Shown in pieces: positions 1 to 6,927 of a DNA stretch of 23,330 nt. This DNA comes from a bacterium (lineage in GTDB: Bacteria; Hinthialibacterota; Hinthialibacteria; Hinthialibacterales; Hinthialibacteraceae), in NCBI GenBank assembly GCA_041946805.1, contig JBHGBC010000092.1:1-23330 (forward strand), in the 5' to 3' direction. The notes beneath the pieces are model-generated. The model did no database searches and had not been told where the DNA came from. It worked only from the letters and a program-made list of their open reading frames with translations. Each line of letters opens with the position of its first letter. The first letter of the stretch is position 1. A program made the translations under genes and the position numbers.

Positions 1-2151
1 CGGATCGTCTATACCCATTATGTCAACGCCCTGCGGCGGGGCCATGGCGAAGGGCCAGTGGAAAAGGCCACGTTCGGCCAGGTGCTACAAGCCAAGATGA
101 ATTGGCGGTCGCTGCAGGAATTCAAGCGGGCGATGGGGATGGCCATGGCGGAGATGGAAGCCGGCGGGGACGCCGCGCAATTCGCGCCGGAAGTGCGGGC
201 GGCGGCGCGGGAACTGGGCGCGATGATCCTGGAATTGGGGAAGCGGGCGCAGAAGGCCGGGCAATTGACCGGCGCCGAGATCGAAGCCGGGCTGCAAGAG
301 GGCAAGGTCCATTACATGCGGGTGTGGAAGCACGAGATGGTGCGGCGGTACCGCAATGCGGTGCGGCAGATCTTGCAGGAACAGATGCCCACGGCCAGCG
401 CCGAAGAAATTGATGCGGCGCTGAACTCGATCAGCGGCAGCCCGACAGGATCGATGGGGTATTACGATTTAAGCGAAGCCCAGGACATCACGCAGGTGGA
501 CACCTGGAAGAGCAAGTTCTTCGAACGGCGTGAATTGCAGGTGGACTACCGGAAGTTGGTGGGCGTGGCGGCGCGGGACCGGAAGGGGAATTCCATCACC
601 ATCGATTTCCTGGAGATGGACGCGCTGAGGGCCTTCGAGCGCTACGTGGACAGCGTGATGGGATCGATCGTGCTGGGCGAGCGCTTCGGCGACGTGACCA
701 TGCAGAAGCAATTCAAGGAACTGTGGCAGCATTACGACGAGGTGTTGCGGCAACAGGACGCCAGCGTGGATACCGCGCCGATTTTGCAGGAACGCGACGC
801 GGTCTTCAAGGATCTGTTGGCCATGCGGGATATGCTGAACGGGACCTATGCCCGGTCGCATGGTTGGGATCCGGCCGGAAAAGCCATGCGGGTGAGCCGG
901 GCGTTGATGCAGGTCAACGCCATGTTGTATCTCGGGGGCGTTGTTTTGTCGTCTTTGGCCGATGTGGCCCGGCCGCTTTTTCATTGGGGCTTGGAATACC
1001 ACTTGCCGGCGCTGCGGAATTACGCGCAGGTGTTCCGTTCCGAAGCTTTCCAGCAGATGAGGCGGGAGATGAAAGAGATTTGGGGGGCGGCGCTCTCCGC
1101 CTTCAACCATGAGCGCCTCTTCGCGCTGGCCGACCTGGTGAGCGACGAGCGGACGCTGTCGCCGGTCGAACGGGGAGTCAAGTTCTTGTCGGACCAGATG
1201 GGTTTGTTGACCGGCATGGATTTGTGGAACGCCTCGTTGAAGGAAATCTCGGGCTACGTGGCCTTGCACGCGGTGATGGACATCGCGCACAAGGTGAGGC
1301 GCGCGGTGGACCAGGGCGCGGCGATGAACGTGGACGCGCTGGCCGGCGTGGCGCCGCGGCGGCATTTGGTGCACATCGCCTCGATGGGCTTGAGCCTGGA
1401 AGACCTGGTGGCCATCTCGCGCCAGGTTGAGAAACACGGGGAGAATTACGGGCCACTCATCCTGACCCGGACCGACAAGTGGGATGACCTGGCGCTCCGA
1501 AGCCGATTTGAAAGCGCCATGGTGAAGGAAATTGACAGCACGATCATCACGCCCTCAATCGGGGACAAGCCCTTGTGGACGCACTGGGGGATACTTCAGC
1601 ACGCGGCGCAGTTCAAGTCATTTGGGCTCGCGGGCATGAGGGGCGTCATGATCCAAGGTTTGCAAGATATGGATATCCAGACCTTGGAAGGGATCCTGGC
1701 TAGCACCGCGGTGGGCATGGGCGTTTATTACCTCAAGCAATGGGAAGCCGGCCGCGAGCCCTCGGATAATATGGGGGAAGTGCTGCTGAACGCAATAGAC
1801 AAGGCGGGCTTGACGGCCTATTTGATGGACCTCGATTCGATGGTGCACAGGGTAAGCCAAGGGACATTTGGGGTGCAATCCTGGATGACCGGCGAAGGGG
1901 CGACGAGGTTCTCGGCGAAGTCCACGTCGGACATTGTGTTTGGTCCATCGGTCGGGACGGCCGAGAACTTGAGCCGGTTCACGTTCCGGACGATCCCGCA
2001 TTTTATGACGGGGAACCTGGTGCAGGGCGACGAGACGCCAGCCTTCCGGTTGTTCCCGTATGGGAAGGTCCCCTACATGCGCTTCTTGATGGAAAGGTTA
2101 AGAGAAGGAGCGAGGGAGGGATTACCCCAGGCTGAGAAGGAGGCGCAATGA
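1..2151 (+). CDS. Phage internal virion / DNA ejection protein, T7 gp16-like C-terminal region (5'-truncated)
   Basis: Frame is open from base 1 (RIVYTHYVNALRRGH...), so the listed start at 58 is not the true start. Largely helical Ala/Leu-rich protein with LGGVVLSSLADVARP and TIITPSIGDKPLW...QFKSF; the QFKSF segment recalls the C-terminal part of T7 gp16-type proteins. Confidence 0.7.
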   Translation, partial: RIVYTHYVNALRRGHGEGPVEKATFGQVLQAKMNWRSLQEFKRAMGMAMAEMEAGGDAAQFAPEVRAAARELGAMILELGKRAQKAGQLTGAEIEAGLQEGKVHYMRVWKHEMVRRYRNAVRQILQEQMPTASAEEIDAALNSISGSPTGSMGYYDLSEAQDITQVDTWKSKFFERRELQVDYRKLVGVAARDRKGNSITIDFLEMDALRAFERYVDSVMGSIVLGERFGDVTMQKQFKELWQHYDEVLRQQDASVDTAPILQERDAVFKDLLAMRDMLNGTYARSHGWDPAGKAMRVSRALMQVNAMLYLGGVVLSSLADVARPLFHWGLEYHLPALRNYAQVFRSEAFQQMRREMKEIWGAALSAFNHERLFALADLVSDERTLSPVERGVKFLSDQMGLLTGMDLWNASLKEISGYVALHAVMDIAHKVRRAVDQGAAMNVDALAGVAPRRHLVHIASMGLSLEDLVAISRQVEKHGENYGPLILTRTDKWDDLALRSRFESAMVKEIDSTIITPSIGDKPLWTHWGILQHAAQFKSFGLAGMRGVMIQGLQDMDIQTLEGILASTAVGMGVYYLKQWEAGREPSDNMGEVLLNAIDKAGLTAYLMDLDSMVHRVSQGTFGVQSWMTGEGATRFSAKSTSDIVFGPSVGTAENLSRFTFRTIPHFMTGNLVQGDETPAFRLFPYGKVPYMRFLMERLREGAREGLPQAEKEAQ

Positions 2152-2834
2152 TGATTGGGGCCTGTGACGCGCAACTGTTTTACGTGCATTGGGATACGCG
2201 GGATTTCCATTACGCGGGCCCGGGCGCCACTTATACGGATTGGCTGGATGATTTCAAAATGACCGGCGCGGCCGGCCGATTGAAACGGACGAGGCGGGCG
2301 GGTGAGCCCTGGGCGTGGACGTACACGGCACGCAACCAGGCGCCTAGCGTGTGGGCGGGTGTCGACGCGGAGGGGAATATTCTGATGGCCTGGGAGGCGG
2401 AAGAATATTGTTTCCGGCCAAACGATAATCCGATTCATCCGACCGACGCCACGGGGCAACCGGTGCTGCCGGCCGGGGGCGCGTTTGTACAGGTCTTGCT
2501 CCCCGGCCTGGAGGTGGTGACCGAAGTGGAGGCCCTGCTAGCCGCGGCGAACCTGCCCGAGTGGGTGGCCGGCACGCTGGAAGAACTGTACACACCGGCG
2601 GAGTTGCAAATATCCCAATGGGAGCGGATGCGGATCCTGCGAAATCTGAATCTGGGGGATATCCGGACGATTCTGAACGGAGCAGGACCGTTGGCAGGAA
2701 AGAAGGAAATGATATTATTATGGTTGCGGGCCGCCTCCCAGGTGCTGTTTAATCATGAGGGGGAAACGGCCATCCCGCTGATGAAAGCGCATTTCAGTGT
2801 GGATCCGGCGAGTGGGGTGGTGGAGTGGAAATAG
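2148..2834 (+). CDS. Hypothetical phage protein (228 aa)
   Basis: ATGA overlap with the upstream stop, AAGGAGG Shine-Dalgarno just before the start, similar codon style to the upstream gene. No family recognised. Confidence 0.75.
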   Translation: MMIGACDAQLFYVHWDTRDFHYAGPGATYTDWLDDFKMTGAAGRLKRTRRAGEPWAWTYTARNQAPSVWAGVDAEGNILMAWEAEEYCFRPNDNPIHPTDATGQPVLPAGGAFVQVLLPGLEVVTEVEALLAAANLPEWVAGTLEELYTPAELQISQWERMRILRNLNLGDIRTILNGAGPLAGKKEMILLWLRAASQVLFNHEGETAIPLMKAHFSVDPASGVVEWK

Positions 2835-2850
2835 GGCGAAAATAGGGTAA
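2829..2850 (+). repeat. Direct repeat AAATAGGG x2 with 11-bp period; candidate integrase arm-type sites of the prophage
   Basis: AAATAGGG at 2829-2836 and 2840-2847, about 55-70 bp from the att core. Confidence 0.45.
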
Positions 2851-2872
2851 CAATTTTGTGTAAATCTTGTTG

Positions 2873-2885
2873 TATCAAGGTGTTG
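2873..2885 (+). promoter_or_regulatory. IHF-consensus binding site next to attR
   Basis: TATCAA-GGTG-TTG matches WATCAANNNNTTR exactly. It has an upstream A/T tract and lies between the repeats and the att core. Confidence 0.55.
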
Positions 2886-2900
2886 TAAATGTCTGAAAAG

Positions 2901-2945
2901 GAATGGCATTCAAGAGGTCAGGGGTTCGATCCCCCTCAGCTCCAC
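2901..2945 (+). pseudogene. 3' half of tRNA-Ala(GGC): att core duplication (attR)
   Basis: GA-ATGGCAT-TCAAG-AGGTC-AGGGG-TTCGATC-CCCCT-CAGCTCC-AC gives the anticodon loop (GGC at 2905-2907), T arm and 3' acceptor strand. The 5' acceptor strand and D arm are absent upstream and CCA is incomplete. Confidence 0.9.
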
Positions 2946-3272
2946 TTTTTCCCCCTCTTTTCCCCCTTGTGACATAGAATGACTAATAAGGCCAAACGTC
3001 CCGATTTTATTTGACTTACTCTCAATAGGGTCGATTCTCAATAAAGTGTCATTTTGACACATAGCGACAGGAAAAGACGCCTGACTGCCGACAATATGCC
3101 GACACTTTGCCGATAGGGTTTCCGTACCTGTAACCATCGCTTCTTGTTTCCCTTCGTTCCCTGTTTCAAGTTGCGGGATTTTTTTAATGGCCTGGAATTG
3201 GTCGATGAGTTGAATATGCGAATATACCCCCAGGGTCAACCGGGGATCACTGTGCCGGGCCAGGACCTGGGC
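2910..3272 (-). pseudogene. C-terminal remnant of a tyrosine recombinase/integrase
   Basis: AQVLARHSDPRLTLGVYSH matches the last catalytic box (His...Tyr) of tyrosine integrases. The upstream R and HxxR boxes are missing. The frame points at the tRNA and ends inside it. Confidence 0.8.
3086..3114 (+). repeat. Three TGCCGA(C/T) repeats with 11-bp period; candidate arm-type sites of the relic element
   Basis: TGCCGACAATA / TGCCGACACTT / TGCCGAT starting at 3086, 3097 and 3108. Confidence 0.55.
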
Positions 3273-3487
3273 GCCCCGCCGCACAGGATCTTCACGGTCA
3301 AGCCGCGGCGGGCATAAAAATCCTTCTCCAGGGCCATGAAGTACCCGGCGAACTGGGCCTGCGGTTCCCATTGGGGGAGAAAGACGATGGGCCGCGGCGG
3401 GAAGGCCGGAGAGTCCGGTTCCGGCCGCGCCTCCGGGAAGGCCGCGCCTCCAAGGAGAACAATCCAGGCGAGTACAAAGCGCTTCAT
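3236..3487 (-). pseudogene. N-terminal fragment of an NMT1/THI5-like substrate-binding protein
   Basis: Purine-rich RBS, signal peptide MKRFVLAWIVLLGGAA, then FLPQWEPQAQFAGYFMALEKDFYARRGLTVKILCGG, typical of the NMT1/THI5 N-terminus. Stops after 83 aa inside integrase-derived sequence. Confidence 0.75.
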
Positions 3488-3836
3488 CCGCTTCCCTTCC
3501 CCAGCCGGGGAGAAAAACCGATTCTCCCATTCCCATCCAAAATCAAACTGCCACTGTATACCAAATCCTCCCGCATGGTATACGGCAGGAAAGTATTTTG
3601 GAATTATCATTCCACTGAGCACAGGGTTGGAAAAAAACCATTCCAGAATGAAAGCCCGGGATTCGTTCGCTGTTCGGATGGCGCTGAAAAACAGTACTCC
3701 ATTCGCTGATTCCGTCCGTGTGAAATTCCGACAATATCGAATGATCGATCCGCCCGGGAATCCCCAATCCCCGCTCCCTCCCGCGATCGGTTCTGTTTCA
3801 TCCCGGCCACCACCCTGTCCGGCATGCGGCGAATTT

Positions 3837-3845
3837 TGGTATAGT
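3837..3845 (+). promoter_or_regulatory. Putative extended -10 promoter (TGGTATAGT) of the DASS gene
   Basis: TGn-TATAGT about 55 nt before ATG 3900. The identical nonamer precedes the next gene. Confidence 0.4.
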
Positions 3846-3899
3846 TCCGGAAATCTATGGGGTGAACCGGCCGCTGAACCATCGCCAGGAGAAAATCGA

Positions 3900-5465
3900 A
3901 TGGAGACACTGGAACCAAGCCCGGGATTCATACGGATGGCTGGGCGGGAAACGCTTTCCCCGGCGGAAGAGCGGTTGGAGCGGATCCGCCGTTCGGTGGG
4001 ATTGTTTCTCGGCCCGGCGCTGTTTTTCCTGCTGCTTTTCCTGCCCCTGCGGGGATTGGAAACGAAAGCCCACACCCTGGCGGCGATCATCGGATTCGTG
4101 GTGGTGTATTGGATCACCGAACCCATCCCGATCCCCATCACCGCGTTGTTGGCGGCGGTGCTGTGTATCGTCACCGGCGTTTCCGGCGCCCGCCAAACCT
4201 TTGCCCCCTTCGCCGAACCGACCATTTTTCTGTTCATCGGCAGTTTCATCATGGCGGAAGCGATGACGGTTCACCGCCTGGATCAGCGTTTCGCCTTCCA
4301 AATCATGTCGATCGCCTGGGTGGGCGACAGCACGGCGCGCCTGCTGTTCGTCTACGGAGCCATCGCCGCCGGCATCTCGATGTGGATCAGCAATACCGCC
4401 ACGGCGGCCATGATGCTGCCGATCGGCCTGGGCTTGATCTCCGCCTTGAACGAAATCCAATCCCGTCACCCGGATTCCCGACGAACCCCAAAAGCCTCGT
4501 CCTACGGGATGGGCCTGATGCTGATGACCGCCTACGCCGCGTCGGCCGGGGGCATCGGCTCGCCGGTGGGCACGCCGCCCAATCTGATCGGCATCGCGAT
4601 GATCGAGAAATTCGCGCATGTCAAAATCCCGTTCTTTCAATGGATGCTGTTCTCCGTGCCCATGCTGATGGCCGTCTATTTCATCCTCTACGCGCTGCTC
4701 TACCGGATGCACCGGCCGGAAGTGGAACAGGTGGAAGGCAGCCACGAATTCGTCCGGGAGGCGGTGGCCCGGTTCGGGTGTTTGACTCGCGGACAAAAAA
4801 ACACACTCGCGGCGTTCGGGGTGATGGTGACCTTGTGGATCACGCCCGGATTTTTGGCGATGATCACGGGAACCGATTCCCTAGTCTCCCAAACGTACAA
4901 TCGCTTGATCCCCGAAGCCGCCGCCTCGCTCATCGGCGTGATTCTGCTGTTTCTCTTGCCCACCGACTGGAAAAAACGCGAATTCACCCTCAAATGGCCG
5001 GACGCGGTCCAGATCGATTGGGGAACCTTGCTGCTCTTCGGCGGCGGCCTGACCCTGGGCAACTTGATGTTCGAGACGAAACTGGCCGAGGCGGTCGGAC
5101 AGGGACTGCTGAATCTCAGCCATGCCAGCTCCTGCTGGAGCATCACGGGCGCGGCGGTTTTCATCGCCATCCTGGTGAGCGAAACCACCTCCAACACCGC
5201 CTCCGCCAACATGGTGATCCCCGTCATGATCTCCCTGTGCCAAGCCGGAGGCATCAATCCCGTTCCACCCGCGCTCGGGGCCACGCTCGGGGCCAGTTGG
5301 GGTTTCATGCTGCCGGTTTCGACGCCCCCGAACGCGATCGTCTATGGATCGGGATTGGTTCCCATCACCAAGATGATCCGCGCCGGATTTCTGTTTGACA
5401 TTCTCGGCGGGCTGATCATTTGGACCGGCCTGCGGCTGATTCTGCCGTGGATAGGTCTCGCGTGA
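3900..5465 (+). CDS. DASS/SLC13 family sodium-coupled anion (di/tricarboxylate or sulfate) symporter
   Basis: Many TM helices; motifs WITEPIPIPIT, SMWISNTATAAMMLPI, GGIGSPVGTPPN, SETTSNTA, FMLPVSTPPNAIVY. AGGAG RBS before ATG 3900. Confidence 0.93.
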   Translation: METLEPSPGFIRMAGRETLSPAEERLERIRRSVGLFLGPALFFLLLFLPLRGLETKAHTLAAIIGFVVVYWITEPIPIPITALLAAVLCIVTGVSGARQTFAPFAEPTIFLFIGSFIMAEAMTVHRLDQRFAFQIMSIAWVGDSTARLLFVYGAIAAGISMWISNTATAAMMLPIGLGLISALNEIQSRHPDSRRTPKASSYGMGLMLMTAYAASAGGIGSPVGTPPNLIGIAMIEKFAHVKIPFFQWMLFSVPMLMAVYFILYALLYRMHRPEVEQVEGSHEFVREAVARFGCLTRGQKNTLAAFGVMVTLWITPGFLAMITGTDSLVSQTYNRLIPEAAASLIGVILLFLLPTDWKKREFTLKWPDAVQIDWGTLLLFGGGLTLGNLMFETKLAEAVGQGLLNLSHASSCWSITGAAVFIAILVSETTSNTASANMVIPVMISLCQAGGINPVPPALGATLGASWGFMLPVSTPPNAIVYGSGLVPITKMIRAGFLFDILGGLIIWTGLRLILPWIGLA

Positions 5466-5503
5466 CGAAACAAACCAGAAGCCGGATGTACCCAAAATTC
5501 CTG

Positions 5504-5533
5504 TTGATCCATCTCCACCGGACATGGTATAGT
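5504..5533 (+). promoter_or_regulatory. Putative sigma70-type promoter
   Basis: TTGATC (5504-5509), 18-nt spacer, TG-extended TATAGT (5528-5533), about 50 nt before ATG 5583. Confidence 0.45.
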
Positions 5534-5582
5534 AAATCGTTTCGGTTTTCTTTTATTTCCCTAATAATTTAATACGTTCATC

Positions 5583-6554
5583 ATGCGCATACCCTGGGAG
5601 TGCCTCCTTCTCATCGGTCTCGCATTGGCCTCCCCGGCCTTGGGCCAGACCAATTATCTTTGGCGGTATTGGACGGCCCAGGATGGAGTTGAGGATTCCG
5701 ATCAAAGGGATATTACCTTCAGCCCGGCGGGAACCGTCTGGATTGCCTGCGGAAGTGTACCCAGTATCAGCAGGTATGACGGCTATTCCATTCAAAACAT
5801 TCCTTGTCCCAACGATTTTTTGACCACCCGCGGGAACCGCGGCCGGCCGATAGGGTCCATGTACTGGAAAGATCCGGATACGATGACGCTTGGAGGTTTT
5901 CAGCCGTTTCGAAATAATCAATGGATCAAGTATGAAATGGATCTTTTCGCACCGGGGATTTATCCGGTTTTCTTTTGGCCCACAAGAAAAGATGAGTTGA
6001 TGTTTCTGCTCCCCGAACGTCTCATGGGATTTAACGCCGCGCAACGGAAAACGTGGAAAATACTTTCTGTTTCCCCACCCGGGATGGAACGGTTTTCGGA
6101 GATGATTTTTCCCTCCTCTTTCGGAAGCATTGCGCTCCAGGCCCGGGGACTGGAAGGCCGCTACGCGGTCTTCGCCGACGGCGGCAAGATACAACGGGTG
6201 GTGGGCGGGCTGGTCGGCAACGCCATCCAGTACACTCCCGAAGGCGGGGAGGTTTGTATCCGAATTGAACAGGACCGCCATTGGGTGATTCTTTCCGTCC
6301 AGGACACCGGCATTGGGATGAATCCCGAGGAATGCGGTCACATCTTCGACCGCTTTTTCCGGAGCCGGGATTCCCAGGAAATGGCCAGGGGTTCGGGGCT
6401 GGGACTTTCCATCGCCAAGGAACTCATCGGCCTGCACGGGGGAACACTGACCGTGGAGAGTGAAGCAGGCGCGGGCAGCACCTTCCGGATGAGTCTGCCC
6501 GCCTCCCGGGAGGAACCGGACCATGCCGCAAGCCACCATTCTGATTGTGGATGA
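5583..6554 (+). CDS. Abnormal sensor histidine kinase: signal peptide + propeller-like stump fused to HATPase_c (probable internal deletion)
   Basis: N-terminal signal peptide and WRYWTAQDGV start of a beta-propeller-type sensor. The C-terminus has NAIQYT, VQDTGIGM, IFDRFFR and GSGLGLSI boxes. No TM helix or HisKA H-box lies between them. Confidence 0.7.
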   Translation: MRIPWECLLLIGLALASPALGQTNYLWRYWTAQDGVEDSDQRDITFSPAGTVWIACGSVPSISRYDGYSIQNIPCPNDFLTTRGNRGRPIGSMYWKDPDTMTLGGFQPFRNNQWIKYEMDLFAPGIYPVFFWPTRKDELMFLLPERLMGFNAAQRKTWKILSVSPPGMERFSEMIFPSSFGSIALQARGLEGRYAVFADGGKIQRVVGGLVGNAIQYTPEGGEVCIRIEQDRHWVILSVQDTGIGMNPEECGHIFDRFFRSRDSQEMARGSGLGLSIAKELIGLHGGTLTVESEAGAGSTFRMSLPASREEPDHAASHHSDCG

Positions 6555-6927
6555 CGAAGAATACCTGGCGGATAATTTGTTCGATTTCCTGGATCTGGAG
6601 GGATTCAATCCCGTCATCCGGTCCTCGGGGGAAACCGCCCTGGCCCACGTGAAAACCGAGCCGCCGGATCTCATCCTGCTGGATATTCAACTGCCCGGTA
6701 TCGACGGAGTGGAAGTGTTGCGCCAGGTCAAGCAAATGTATCCGCAATTGCCGGTCATCGTCGTCAGCGCTTCCTCGCAGAAAGGCACACGGGAAAAAAT
6801 CCTGCAATATGGCGCGGACGCGATTCTGATGAAGCCCTACGATCAGGACAACCTGTTGCAATTGATCCACAACCTGCTGCGCCGGAGAGGGAATCATGGC
6901 CAAACGCAAGCCAGCGGCGGTTCGTAA
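6523..6927 (+). CDS. Single-domain response regulator (receiver)
   Basis: ILIVDDE, DLILLDIQLPGIDG, VIVVSA and KP motifs. Confidence 0.93.
   Translation: MPQATILIVDDEEYLADNLFDFLDLEGFNPVIRSSGETALAHVKTEPPDLILLDIQLPGIDGVEVLRQVKQMYPQLPVIVVSASSQKGTREKILQYGADAILMKPYDQDNLLQLIHNLLRRRGNHGQTQASGGS

Larger units (their letters stand above)
1..2945 (+). mobile_element. Right end of a prophage (probably podovirus-like) integrated at tRNA-Ala(GGC)
   Basis: Virion ejection-type gene and a coupled orphan ORF, followed by an AT-rich att-like segment and a tRNA 3' half. The coding strand looks more G-rich, with more G-ending codons, than the downstream genes (judged by eye). Confidence 0.8.

Noticed and set aside
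2860..2945. Complete functional tRNA-Ala gene
   Set aside because: Sequence before 2901 has no 5' acceptor strand or D arm and cannot complete the anticodon stem.
2910..3536. 208-aa ORF as a real protein
   Set aside because: Only the part from 3272 downward is integrase-like; the rest is an off-frame reading of the THI5-like fragment.
3336..3899. 188-aa N-terminal extension of the DASS transporter
   Set aside because: It is antisense to the THI5-like stump and spans promoter-like DNA; a good RBS and ATG occur at 3900.
3490..3900. TPP or c-di-GMP riboswitch upstream of the THI5-like gene
   Set aside because: I could not find the conserved core motifs on either strand; cmscan would settle it.
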